Of a DNA stretch of 64,000 nt, positions 1-13,040 are shown piece by piece. The notes beneath the pieces are model-generated. The model ran no database searches, was not told the origin of the DNA, and saw only the letters and a program-made list of their open reading frames with translations. The translations under genes and the position numbers were made by a program. This DNA comes from Eutreptiella sp. 'Long Island Sound 2002' (taxonomy: Eukaryota; Protista; Euglenida): NCBI GenBank assembly GCA_964036045.1, contig OZ038378.1, forward strand, positions 25,978,001 through 26,042,000, written 5' to 3'. The first letter of the stretch is position 1; each line of letters opens with the position of its first letter.

Positions 1-284
1 GCTGCACAGACAGCCACTCAGTCACCACAGACACAGCCGTGTACATAGCAAGGCCCTTTGACCTGTGAAGTTCACAATTGGTGTGCCAGTACAATCCAGA
101 CTGGGATAGTCATAGATCTCTTCGCATGACACCGCCATTCGGCTAATAGCGCCATCAGTCACGCACTCCCCAGGAGGATACACCCACTGAATCTTGGCAG
201 CAATGTCTGTGCTGCAATTGCCTGATGCACACAAACAGCAGCATAATCTGCCAGCATCCAGTCTAGGCAGGAATATAGGCGAGA

Positions 285-701
285 GCATGTTTCGGAGGCC
301 GGGTTTTTGTTTCTGGGGGGGGGGGTCAATAGAGCCCTCCGGCTGGACCCCCCCCCTCCCCAAAAAAGGGCTCAATTGACAGGACCCACAAAATCCTACC
401 GAGACTGACCCCCGGGCCTCGGAGGTGACCAAGACCCAAAAATCAGGAAAAAAAAAAGAAAATGGGATTTTTGGAATCAGCGCGTCGAGGGGGTTCAGAA
501 AAGTCATCATTTGCCAAATATTTGGTGAAAAAATTGACCAATTTTAATGCTCAAAAAAATTTTCGGCGCCTTTGGCACCAGACTTCATAATGACTGATTA
601 ATGGTGCCTGTCAATTGAGCCCTTTTCCCGAACCCCCCCCCCCAGTTTTTGGGGGCTCTATTGACCCCCCCCCCCCCCCCGGAAGTGAAAACCCGACATG
701 C
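285..701. mobile_element. MITE-like element with long imperfect terminal inverted repeats
   Basis: GGGGTCAATAGAGCCC (~322-338) mirrors GGGCTCTATTGACCCC (~653-668); AAAAGGGCTCAATTGACAGG (~364-383) mirrors CCTGTCAATTGAGCCCTTTT (~607-627); outer GCATGT/ACATGC at 285 and 696. No coding capacity; no TSD resolved. Confidence 0.6.
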
Positions 702-1852
702 CTTTGGGTTAATGGGAAAACGAAGAACAAGAGAACCTTGTCTTCCTAATTTGCGAGCAACAAGACAGAGGGCAAACAAGTAATGGATCGCCATGAAGCA
801 ATATTCATTGCACAGTCACCATTGCTAGGGCGATCGATGGCAGATGCCGACGCTGGTTCATCATACTCCAGCGGTTTATGCACAGCTCTCCCTCATTTTG
901 CATCACTTCATGTACCGGACAATGTTCAGGATCCTGAGCATCTCCCAGGAACCATACACTGCAGAGCACTCTGCTGTGGGATGCAAACTATGATCAGGTG
1001 GGCACAGGGATGTAAGATCGCCTGACGAGACAGGGCAGGGCACAAGGCAGCAAGAAGACAAAGAGGACGCGAAGCAGGGCAGTGAAGAAGTGATGCGCAG
1101 GTCCTGAGTGTTGTAACACACTCCAAGGGATGCACACCTGATGGCTGACCAATGATTTTGCAAAGGATCAGTTTTCCTGCAGACAATTTTTCTCATCCAA
1201 TTTGCCATGGACTGGGGGAAGGTGAAAGTGTAGCCATGCCAGGTGGGGCACCGACCCTCGCATTTACCTGAGGCACTTGTGCTCAACTCAACTTCCTGCA
1301 AACCTTGCGGCGGTTTCCAGACGGCCCTTTATCCAGACGTCCCTTGTCCATACAAACCACGATGCAGAGTATTCCAGAGAGTCTGTGTCACGGGCAATGT
1401 GGGCACAGGGCAAGAGGTTTATGGATTTTCATGTAAAATGCCACCATAAATCGGGATGGTTGGGTGCAGAGATTCAGGGATACACACCAATGTTGTATGA
1501 GATCACATCGCAAATGCAGCATGTCGAGACAGTGACGAGCGCAAGACAGGCGAGAAGCCTCAGCAGAAAGGCCATGGGTCAAGAACAACCTGTTCAAGAA
1601 ATGAGCAAGGATTGGATACGACTGGTGGGGCTCGGTGACATCCCTGAAGTCCCGGGCAGGCACACAACCACAACCACTACAACCATGCAACCACGAGCAA
1701 AAACATACTCCCCAAGCACCACCCCCATGCAAATCATGTTGAGCTGTCAAGTGCCCAAAACGCCCCTCAAAGCGTGGTGGTGCACTATGGCACACCAAAC
1801 CCCTGTCTGCACACCCAGTGAGAGTCCTTTTTGCAGAGTGTAAAGTTGTGGG

Positions 1853-3400
1853 TTGGCAACTTTAAATCCTCACACACAATCTTGGAGGCCCCAGCCTCAT
1901 TGGCGTCATTGGCGGGCGAACGTTCTGCAACCCTGCCTTGAAAGGTGCCTTCGAGCGCCTGTCATTTTGGGATCATCATTTCGGGCCACCCAACGAATTA
2001 CACGGGATGGGCGCGATTTCAAGCACAATCATCATCCCCGTGACATCCCACTCGATAGGGCATCATCTATATGTGTACCCACAAATGATGAAAGGGAGCA
2101 ACAAAACAGATCCCTGAAACTGTTTGGATGCCCACTGATGATTCTCTGCACAGGCTGAAGGGGGTGGTGAGGCTAGGATAAGTTTGAAGTTTAGTTGGTG
2201 GTGATTTGCATGGAGTCCTACTGGTGTGCCCAAAACATGCTGCTGCAGTGAACTTCATCGATGGAACTATAGAAGGTGACCTTCCGAACCACTGTCTGGG
2301 AGAGGGGCTATGGACCACCACTTGTTGGAGATGGTGGGAAGCTTTGAGAGCACAGGGAGAGTGTATTTATGCAAATCAGGTGGCATACAAGTGGGTCTTG
2401 AATGGCTCCAGGAGTTTGCATCTCCATGAACCAGGTTTATGCAGAGCAGACCAGGTAGTATACAATAAGGCACAGCAGCAGCTAGGCTACACAAAAACCT
2501 GCACCTCCCTGTCCCACCTCTTCTGTACTCAACAAGCTGGGAGTTCCCAGGGGTAGCAGGCGAGGCGGGGGCACAATCAATTCAGAAGAACTGTGAGAGG
2601 GAGCTCAAGCACCGCACGCGTACTGTGCATGCACCACGTCAAGAATTTGAACAGCTTTTACAGGAAATGGTCTACCGTTGAAGCCCTTGCAAATACTGTC
2701 CCTTGTTGGAAGTTGCTTGGGGAAGAGTTATGGCAGGATGTGAGGGCCCCCTTGGGCAAGCTCTCATGCAACCAGTGCAGCAACAGGCTGAAAGATGACA
2801 AATTAGTGCACGCCAATCCCAATCTTGCATGTGGCGACACTGACCAAGTTCCTTCTGCCGTGTTAGGCACCATTTTGGGCAAAAGCATAGGCACCAATAG
2901 CAAGTATCCTCTAAATTAGCTGAAATGGCCCCCCCAACGCCCCCAGTATACGCAACGCCCCCAGTATACGCACCGTGTGTGCACCAAGTGTGCACCGCAT
3001 CTGATACTCCCCCTGAACAACATGCACAGCAGTGTTCAACTTGCATGCCAAGCTTGCTCTCAGCAGATCAAGCGAAACAAACTACAAATCAGTAAATAAG
3101 GCTTCAACGTGACAACATGCCTTTCAGTGTTATGTGTTATGCTACACACTCTTTGGACTTTTTTTACACGAAATTGCCACAATTCTGCAGTAGTGTGAGT
3201 GAATCTCAGATCAATAGTACACTCGTAGGATACAACACAGCACCTTCTTATGCCAAAGGCACAGGGCACAGGACATTGCCCACACAGAAATGGATGTTCA
3301 CATCCCGTGGAGGAGTATACCCGTAGTGCAACTGTCATTATGTGCCAGCCCAACTGTATGACAATGAGCCTGCAATACAGCGTGACAAAGTGAGAGCGAT
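1853..3400 (+). pseudogene. Degenerate Mutator(MULE)-like transposase relic
   Basis: Broken + frames give, in MULE order: KHNHHP (WRKY/FAR1-like HNH), VNFIDGT (first catalytic D), LCMHHVKN (CxxH motif), then FTSRGGVYP*CNC (SWIM-like start). Many stops and frameshifts. Confidence 0.4.
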
Positions 3401-4351
3401 TATGCAGTACTGTGTGACAAAGTGCATAGTGCACGGAGTCACACAGTGCCAGCCTCACTGTGTGACAGTGTGCCTGCTACACAGCAGGATACTGTGCCGC
3501 GGCACAGTGTCACAGAGTACCAGGGCACCGGGGCAGCTGCACAGTGTGATAAAGTGCTTCTCGGAGCGCCGGCGTGCCCAGCTTGCCAACGCGGAGACTT
3601 GGACACATCTACACACAACGCAGGAGCGATCACCAGGACTTCACTAGACTGTTCCCGAGCGTCATCTGCAGCCTACTGCGGGACATGCTGCAGTCCACCC
3701 CGGCGGCCGGCCCATGGCAAGAGTATACCTTAAAGAGTATCCGCAGGGGAAGATCTCACGGGGTTTGGCGTGGCAGGCTAGACACTACGCAGTAGCGCCA
3801 CCAGCATGGGTGTGGCCACACCAACTACACCTACCGGATGGCCTACCGGATGCCCGGATGGCGCCCCAAAGGGAGCAGGAGGCCCTGCTACCGATCCGGA
3901 ACCAAGTCTACAATAGGATGTGCAGGGCACACCGCACCGACAGACAACGAAAGAGGCAGTGAATGTGACCACCAAGGACACCTACCAATGGCCACAAATA
4001 TCCCACGCACTCATCGGCACAACCCACAACCGGCAGCTGACCAACAGACGCTTGCTACTTAAGGCCGTGACAGCCGCCCAGGAACACCAGAGAGGGAGGA
4101 GTACCGTACATTGTACACTGTCACTGTACACTGTCACTGTAAAGTTGGTGCGACTTTTTTTGGAGGGGGTGGATGGTAATTTGAGCCCCCCTCTTTGCAG
4201 TCCTTTAACCCGCCCCCCCCCCCCCCCACAGCTACAGCCAGAACCCAAAGAACAGCTGCAGCCACAGTGAAAGCTGCAACTGCAGCCTTCGCCACAGCCA
4301 GGGCCACACACAATGACACAACCACAACCAAATCCACACACAACACAGCTT

Positions 4352-4430
4352 GCAGAAACGCACCCACACCCACACCCACACCCACACCCACACCCACACC
4401 CACACCCACACCCACACCCACACCCACAAC
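4352..4430 (+). repeat. (CACACC)n hexamer microsatellite in a CA/ACC-rich low-complexity tract (~4195-4870)
   Basis: About 11 tandem CACACC units; explains the PT/HP/TH runs in overlapping ORFs. Confidence 0.95.
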
Positions 4431-5643
4431 CAAAGCCGCAACCACAGCCACTACCAAAACCACACCCACAACCGGAGCTACCACAACGGCCATGGCAACA
4501 ACCGCACGCAAGCCCACAACCACAGCTACAACCACAACCACAACCATACCTGCATCTGCAGCCACAAACACAATGTTATGCGCACACAATCAAAGCCTAT
4601 GCCACGCAACACCAAAACCAACAACAACATCCAAAACAACAGCTGCAAAAGCTGCAACACACACACACACACACTGGCACACACACACACCTGCGCGTAC
4701 ACACATTCACGAATCCACATACACATCCGAACCTAGGCAACCAGAAACCAAAGAATGCAGTCACACACTCACAGTGACGCACAAAGACACCTTCGCCCAC
4801 GCATCGATCCAAGCAAGCCCCCCCCCCCCCCCGACTCACACACAAACATACATACAAACACACTAAATGAGAGAAACCAAGAGTGAACAAACCATCTACA
4901 CTTGTGCACATGCGCATGGGCACAAGCACACACACACGAACACACACAATAGCACAACATACCTGCAAAGGTCGTCGTCATTGCCGCCACCATCATGCAC
5001 TCGATGCCATGGCCCAAAAATAGGAAAGGCATGGCAAGGGCAGGGCAAGGGGGCGGGAGGGGATAAGAAGGGAGGGGAATGAATGTGTCATGGTGTAGGT
5101 CAAGATGGTTGTATGATGAACCTCACAAAAGCGAGCAATATCCTCTGTGCCCTATTTGTGCTTCATGGCGCGCGCCCGTGGCTGTGTGTGGGGGGGGTGG
5201 GGGGTGCCATTGTCATGAGGCAACAAGGAACACCCTCGCAAATGGCTAGGTTCATATCCCCGAACCCCAACCCCGTAACCATCTCTCCCTAGCCCTTCAC
5301 TTCGCATGGTTCAATGTGGCCATATGTTTATATGCACCCAAGATAATTGCACACAAGAGTGAATGTGGTTGTCAATTTGTGCATGTGCATGTGTGTGTGG
5401 ACGTGTGTATGGGTGTATGTGTGTGTATGTGTTTGGATATTTGTGTCCCTCACGAAGTGTGCGTGTTTGGATGTTTGTGTGTTTGTCGCGATGGGTACAT
5501 GTATGCAAGTATGTATGTCTGCATGCACGCTCAAGTTCTTGGAGAAAAGACATGGTGACAACTACGGACCAATGTTGGTGTGAAAAGGGTGAAGTGTGGG
5601 CCGGCAAGGGTGGGAAGAGAGGGCGGAAAGGGGGAGAAACTCC

Positions 5644-5790
5644 CGAGTGAGCCCTGAGTGAGCCCCTAATTAGCTCTCACTCAGTGAGCGCTCAGTGAGC
5701 CATTTGGCGCGCTGAGTGAGAGCTAAGTGAGAGCTAAGTGAGCCGGCTCAGTGACAGCTCAATGACGGCTCAGTCGGGGTGCTCAGTCAA
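5644..5790. repeat. 11-bp-period minisatellite of the quasi-palindrome GCTCAGTGAGC
   Basis: (C/G)T(C/G/A)AGTGAG variants recur at ~5646, 5657, 5683, 5694, 5715, 5726, 5737, 5749, 5760, 5771, 5784. Confidence 0.8.
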
Positions 5791-5949
5791 TTAAGCCATC
5801 ACCAAAAAAATACCCCCCTGGTCGAATCCCCTTGGACTAGGGGTTGGGATCCCTTTGGGGACATCCCTAAACCCCACCCAAGCCCCGAAAGCCAAAAAAT
5901 TTCACATGAAACCCATTGAAAAACACCACTTAGCCCCAAATGAGCTGTT

Positions 5950-7261
5950 TTAGCCCCAACTGAGCCCCAACTTCACATTTCCAAGTGAGGCGCAGGTACA
6001 GGCTCGCACCTCGGCTTCCTTCATCCAGGGCTGCACATCGTACACAATGACTGCTTCCTCCCCCTGTCCCTCAGAGCATGAGGACGAAATAGACTTGTCC
6101 GTGTTCGATAGACCTCCATATTCGCCAATTTCCTCATCCGTCCGGTCGTCTATAAACTTCAGCCCCCCTACTATAAGCTCCGGCATGGCGTCTCGTTGCC
6201 ATTCCTCGAAGTGCGACGCCTCCGAGAACCCCAGTTTCACCCTGTTGCGGGCCGTAACCTGCAGGGAGAACTTCTCTCGTGGGATGAGTTTTTGCGTCTC
6301 AGAGCATATCAACCACCAAAGCTGTGTGTTGAGCTCATCATTCCGTCCTCTCGGGAAGCAATGCATCACCATCGGGCAGCTTTGGAATTCCTTGCCGAAG
6401 AATTCGTCATACCTCATGGCTGCAAAGAACGGCGTTTCCGAAACGTGATTAAGCATGTCCGACAGCTTGTGATCTTCCATCGTGTGATATACCATGCGCG
6501 CCATCCCCAACGCACGGGACAGATACGTCACCCAGTCCGGGTCGGATTTGCCCATGCATCGCATTATTTGGTGCAGCTGCTTATTGCCCAGCTGCACTGC
6601 GAAGAGCTTGGCTGGCGTGGGGGCTCACTGCATTTCGAACGAGGTTAGGGGGGGGCCTCCTATGACATGGCCATGGACCCTATCTTGGCGCTCAGGCCCG
6701 CATCTCTATCCTGCTGAGTGGAAGTGAAGACCACAAATTGTTGTTGTTTCCCGGACTCCAGAACGATCGGCCTACTAAGTTCGTGCAGGGATCTGTGTCT
6801 CCACGGAACCTCTTTACTTAGGGCCCCGAGTTCCGGGAGTGTCATCGCTTGGTGGATTTCCAATAAGAGGTCAAGTCTGCCAAATTTTATGATGTGTGAT
6901 ACACATCTGTACCATTTCCCCAATTCAGGGAGCTCCTTCGCATCTGCCACCACCAGTGCGTTAAGCCCATCTTCTTCGTCCGGCAGTAGGGCTCTGATAA
7001 ACTCTTCCGAACGGCCCGTGAGAGCTTGCCACTTGACCGGGTCGTTTCATGTGTCCAGCCTGGACACACTCTGAAATACCACATCTCTACGATCCCACGC
7101 AAACCGAAGAGCAAGTTGCTTTTGTTCCGTTGCCTTGATTGGTGTCGCTGATGACCCTGCTGCCTGCTGCGACATCGCCGCTCTGGCCTCCTCTACCTCT
7201 TCCACAATGGGGGCTGAGAGTGCTGCTCCCCGTTGCTTTCCATGCTTGGCCGGCGATGCCA

Positions 7262-7294
<33 letters not shown>

Positions 7295-9103
7295 CAATGC
7301 CATCTGTACAATATTGCAATTCACACTTGTTACACATGGACATCTTTTCAGGGTCAGACTTGGTGCAACAAATGGCACAAACATCTCCATCATCACCCAT
7401 AACATCCTCATCATCTTTGTCCTCCTGTGTAGGTGTAGTCCATACATGTGCAGGTACGTGTTCCCACGGACCATATGGAGGGTACCGTACTTGTCTTCAA
7501 ATTAAAAATTGTTGCAAATGCAAGAGTACACGCACGTACTCATGAAACTTGGTACCGGATCCCCCCCATATGTTCCTTACGATGCCCCAATGCCACATCA
7601 TGCGTGCAAACAAGTGCTCAATACGTGCCCTATAGAAACCATGAACATCATTGTACTCCCTTTGTCGCTCGGTCAAAGTCTTCCGACCGATAAATGGCCA
7701 TGCCACATGAAGGCGGAAGGTAAACGACAATTGGCACGGTTTCCTCAATGGCACCGGAAGGTTGAAGGCCCACAATTGGGCTAATTGGCTACATCACCCC
7801 TGCCTTCTCGGATCCCCATGGTGGGGAGAAATCGGCGTAGAAAAAGAGTGGGCGTGGTGAAAATGAGCAAAAAATGTGTGCAAAAAGGTAGAAATGGGTG
7901 AAACAAGGTGAAAATCCAAAAAATGCCACATCCCCAATAGATCAAAACCTACTACCAAACAACAACGATGCCCAAATAACCACAAGGTATGGGTTTCCAC
8001 TGCGGCGAGACGCCCAAATAGTTGCACTGCGCGCGCACTACGCTTAAGGCGCCCCCATACATGGTACTAGAAGGATGAAACTCTAGCTTGAGGTCATGAA
8101 CTTCATTTAATGGGTGAGCATATTTTGGTAGAGGCGTATGACAAGCATATTCGGGTTTGCAAACATCTTTTGCCTGATTCGGCTAAACTCAATTTCAAAA
8201 AAAAAATTAAGGAAATGGTTGGAAGTAAAGGTCCTGAAGGGTTTTATCCAAATGCGGTGAAAAGAGGCGGAAAATCCGGTGAAAGAAGAGGTCTTTTGCT
8301 GGCCGAGGTACCCCTAGGTGCATGTACACATTGACATCCCCAAGCCTAGGACTCCTGCCCCTGTGCATCACTAGTCGCATAAAGCAATCACACAACGTAA
8401 TGCACAATCCTATGGTAGACAATGGCCAGGTACGGTGTTACTTGCTCGTACTCTACTACATCAAGCCCCAACTTAAGGGACTTGAGTGCCTTTATCTTGG
8501 TGTAGTATGTGACGGGTTGGTGGGCGAGACGGGCTACGCACTCTTTGGAGGCATTGCGAACATGGTTCATTGGCAAAACTAGTGATGTCTTTGATTGGCA
8601 CGAATGCGTGGCTGGTGCGTTGCAATACAATGGGTAGCACACAGTGGCACACCTTTGGCCATAAACTGCTGCTTACTAGGGCCGAGTTCTTGCACTGCGT
8701 GCGCGCTGCAGTGAACCCCCCCATGCCACCTCTTATAACACGACAAAGCAACAAAGCCAACAGGATAGACATTGAACCACGGCCAACCTGGTTCTTTGAT
8801 GTACCCATGAACATCTCAATTAGCTTTGAAGAGTACAACTATGCAGTGGCATGCAACCAACACGCATCTTTAAGTGGCAACTAGCACACGCTTAGATATC
8901 ATTTGGACGGTGGCCACACAACTAGCAACAAACACCATCGTCGTCTTCCTCCTCTTCCTCGGTAGCATCGTCGTGTGCCCACATAGACTAAGGAACATGA
9001 GGCAAAGGTCCATAAGGCCGATACCTAGTCTGTTTGCAGATACAAAATTGAGACAGCCTTGGGTTCCCGAAGGTACTTCCTCGACACCTATCCCTAGAGG
9101 CAC
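5950..9103 (-). pseudogene. Decayed PIF/Harbinger-ISL2EU-like (DDE_Tnp_4-type) transposase fused in frame to a PHD/RING-like finger and a long C-terminal region
   Basis: YNDVHGFYRARIEHLFARM is the RxxIExxF motif of IS5/PIF-type transposases. ORFs 7775-7497, 7400-7047 and 6953-6660 share one frame, separated only by TGA at 7497 and 7047; CAIC..CNKC..YC finger at ~7300-7380; frameshift at the G/C run ~6650 leads to the 6597-5950 ORF. The N-terminal part (8320-9103) is heavily decayed, with an apparent repeat insertion at ~7790-8310. Confidence 0.6.
7261..7292 (+). repeat. (TG)n microsatellite interrupting the zinc-finger coding region
   Basis: About 14 TG units seen directly. Confidence 0.95.
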
Positions 9104-9187
9104 ACAATTTACTCACTTCAGCTTCCTTTGTCGCTCAGTAGTGGCTGCTTAACCCATACTGTCTTGGGGGCCCGAAAATGGGCACAA

Positions 9188-9362
9188 TGGCTACATCACC
9201 CCTCCCTTCTTGGGGTCCCCATGGTGCAGAGAGATGAATATGGCTACATCACCCTTGCCTTCTCAGGGTCCCCATGGTGGGGAGAAGTCAAAATGGCTAC
9301 ATCACCCCTACCTTCTGGGGGTCCCCATGGTGGGGAGAAATCAATGTGGCTACATCACCCCT
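9188..9362 (+). repeat. ~53-bp tandem repeat (TGGCTACATCACCCCTGCCTTCTC...CCCCATGGTGGGGAGAAATC), with a single copy at ~7786-7835
   Basis: TGGCTACATCACCC at ~9188, 9241, 9294, 9347 and 7786. Confidence 0.9.
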
Positions 9363-11859
9363 GCTAAAGCGTGGAAGTGGATGGAAATGGTTACAAATAG
9401 GTGAAAATGGGTGAAAATGAATAATAATTCAAATATGCCATATCCTGAATGCATAACAACTCAAAAGCCCTATACCGGAACAACAAACCTCCGCAAAAGG
9501 GCCGAAACTAGGGTCGGATAGTTACCGACATACAAAACTTTGCATCGTGTGCATACTGTGTGCACGGCGTCGGGGGAGGGCGGGGAAAAGTTCCCCCATG
9601 AGGTGAATTTTTTTTCAACTGCGACATTCCCCCCCCCCCCCAACCCCGTATCCTAAAATTTCTACCCACAGGGGACTTTCTCTCCCCTAACCCCCCACTG
9701 TCCCCACTTGTCCTGCACACCCCCCCCAAGGCCACCCCCCCCCCCGTTGCCCCCCCTACCCCACCCCACCCCCTTGCTCCGCCGCCTCACCAGAATTTGT
9801 ATGGAGGCTGCCCTGGCTACCATGGCCAGGCGTGGCCAATCACATGCCCCCGATCCCGAGGCCGACTCACGGACCACAGGGTTCCAAGCACACGAGCACC
9901 AACTGTCCGATCAGTTGTTCACATGTATATGTATAGGAGCACATTGATCTTTTGACACCATCGCTCTCTCAAAGAGAAGAGGCTACGGCCCCGGCTCAAT
10001 GTGCAAAAGCGTAGAAGAGAATTGCACCCTTTGGCAATGCGTCGCACTCGGTACTCGCATGCATAACGCTTGTGACCTGCATCCTGCGCACACTGTGCCG
10101 GCGTGGCAACACGCCTGTTTTTTGAATGTGTGCCTGTCTTCAGCTCCAAGCAAAGATGCACTGCCCATAGAGGTCTTTCATGCGGCAAAGCTCAACTTGA
10201 GGGTAAGGGTCTACATATTGCTCCACAAAATCTTGACACTTGTAGAACATGGGCATGCACGACAACCATGACATGCAAACCCCCCCCCTCCTGCTCCGCC
10301 ACCTCCACAGAAATTCAGTGAATGCAATGAATTTATGTGGAGGCTGCCCCGGCTACCATGGCCACGCGTGGCCAATCACATGCCCCCGATTGCGGGGCAG
10401 ACTCACGGAGCGCCGGGTTCCCAACCTCCCAGCCCGCCGCCATTCCCCCTGCCCCCTTCCCTCTGGTCCCTCTATCCACCATCTTCTCCACCCTTTGTCC
10501 TTGGCGGCGGGCCTGTCCCCTCCCGTCCTACCCCCTTCCCTCTCGTTCCTCTGTCCACTATCTTGCCTATTGCCTCCCCTTCTCGCTGCCACCCATCTCG
10601 CCTCCCTTCCTCCCTGTTGTGGGTCACGGTCACAGTCACTTGGCCTGTTTGCGTCCTTGTCTGTACCTTGTCCTGGTTAGCCAGCCTTGTGCAGTAGTTG
10701 GTCAGATTGCACAGCGCATTGTTCTCCTCCTCCCTCCTCCCTTTCCACCTCAGGTCAGCTGCTGATCCGTGTGGTTGCCAGGGTTAGGCCCACGGGGTCC
10801 TCCGCGCATGGCCGGTGCGGCGCCCTTGCATGGCACATGCATCGCCCTTGCATCACCCTTGCATAGCCCTGTGCCCATCAACTGCCCACTCCCATGTGCT
10901 TCCTCCTTCTTCTTTTCCCCCTCCTGTTGCTTCTCTAGCTCCCATGCCCCCTCCGGTTCTCATCTGCACCCCTGTCCTCCCCCCATCTAGGTCCCCTTTT
11001 CTCATCTGTCTGCTCTCTTCTTATCTTTTTCCTCCGGTTCGTCTTCGGCGCTTTCTTCTTTTCTGCGGTGGTTCCTGTTCCTCCTCTTCTTCTTCCTCCG
11101 CTCTTTCCTCCTTTCTCTTGTGTGCCTTGCTTGCTTACTTGGTCTCTTGCTTTGCTTCTTGCTTGCCCTGTTCGGGGGCGCTTTTACTTGGTCGCCCAAG
11201 TGGCCTCATGTATAGGGCCACGTCACTTTCCATCTCACTGACGAGTAGCACCACCCACTGGCTCTTCAGCACCAGTTGCTGCTTGGGGCTCCTACTCCCC
11301 TTGCGACTTGGGTGCACCAATTCAAGGAGCTCTTGCACCCAAGAGGTGCTAGCGATGCGATCATTGCTTGCTCGGCGGTAGGAGGGGGGGGGGGGTGGGC
11401 GGGCCCACCGCCCCCCTTCCTCCCCTTGGAGCCCGAGCGGTTGCGCACCGCCCCCTCGTCGATGGTTGCGGGCTGAGTGCCCGCAAGGAAAGGAGCTAGC
11501 GCCGCACCTATGGCCGTAAGGACCGCGGGGCGCTATAGGAGGGCGGGCTGCCAGCTTGGTGGCCACCCCCTCTTGATCGCCCATCGTGCTCAAGGCGCGT
11601 GGGCTGAGGGGAAGGGAGACGTAGAAGCGTCAAAATAAGAGACAAGCAAGTTGTAGCTCACCTAAGCAACCTCACCACGTGCTAGGTCACAACAAGAGGC
11701 ACAAAAAACACATAAAGAGGGGCTAAAACATGCGTTACATAGGACATTTTGTCATTGTGAGTGGTCACGATATCCAAGAAAAAAACTTACGCAAAAGTTT
11801 CCATTTTCGATTCATAGAGGGTGGAAAACTGCGTGAGCACTTTGTGTGCACACCAAAAG

Positions 11860-13040
11860 CCACTTAACCACCTACAAACAGCAATTTTGAAGCTTTTGGG
11901 GGGCCCATGGCACGGGCTACATGGGCCCGGTGGTGACTACGTGGGTCCACATGGGCGCTCAAGTACACATATTGAAACCAAATGATCACCCCCACCCGTC
12001 CTAGCAGCAACACAAGGGTTCGGGAAGAAATCGAAATTTGGAAATTTTTCAAGTGTCACCAAACGGCCTACGCAACAGCAAATTTTGGGCTTTCGGGGGG
12101 CCCATGGCACAGGGTACCTCGGCCTAGCGGCCACTACGTGGGCCCCCATGGGTGCTCAAGTACCTGCATTGTCACCAAATGATCACCCAAAACCATCCTA
12201 GGGGCAACGGAAGCATTTCATGAAAAATAGAATTTCGAAAATTCTATTGCCTTCGGCAAGTCCACCTCGTAGAGGATCTACTCCAAGCAACACACAAATA
12301 GGGTAAAAACTACATAAATACCGCCTAAAATGCTTTACACACCGTTGATGGTCATTTTGGGTGATCACAATGTCAAAAAAAAAGATTCGGAAACTTCGAT
12401 TTTTGAGCTACCCGGGGGAAAAACTGCATAAGCAGGTCTGTACCAATCCCTTGGGAGACCCCCCAACCCCGCACCCAATACCCAAATAGGGGGACAACAC
12501 ATAAATACTGCGTAAAACATGCTTTACGTAGCTTGGATAGGCTTTTTGTGTGGTCACAATGTCAAAAAAAATAAGTTTCGGAAACTTCGATTTTTGAGCT
12601 GCCCACGGTGCCCAAGATGAAAAACCGCATAAGCAGGTCTATACCCATCCCTTGGGAGACCGCCCCCCCCCCCCTTCGCACCCAATACCCAAATAGGGTG
12701 AAACACACATAAATACTGCCTAAAACATGCTTTACGTAGCTTGGATAGGCTTTTTGTGTGGTCACAATGTCAAAAAAAATAAGTTTCGGAAACTTCGATT
12801 TTTGAGCTGCCCAGGGTGAAAAACTGCATGAGCAGGTTGTATACCAATCCCTTGGGAGACCGCCCCCCCCCCCCTTCGCACCCAATACCCAAATAGGGTG
12901 AAACACACATAAATACTGCCTTAAACATGCTTTACGTAGCTTGGATGGTCATTTTGTATGGTCACAATATCAAAAAAATAAGTTTTGGAAACTTCGATAT
13001 TTGAGCTGCCCAGGGTGAAAAACTGAATAAGCAGGTTGTG
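11860..13040. repeat. Diverged ~190-210-bp tandem satellite-like array (two subfamilies)
   Basis: CACAAT(G/A)TCAAAAAAA...TTCGGAAACTTCGATTTTTGAGCT at ~12367, 12556, 12764, 12963; GGGGGCCCATGGCAC...CTCAAGTAC...CCAAATGATCACCC at ~11899 and 12096. Confidence 0.85.

Noticed and set aside
4134-4866. Mucin-like or Pro/His-rich protein ORFs
   Set aside because: Explained by (CACACC)n and ACA/ACC microsatellite in all frames; no splice or codon support.
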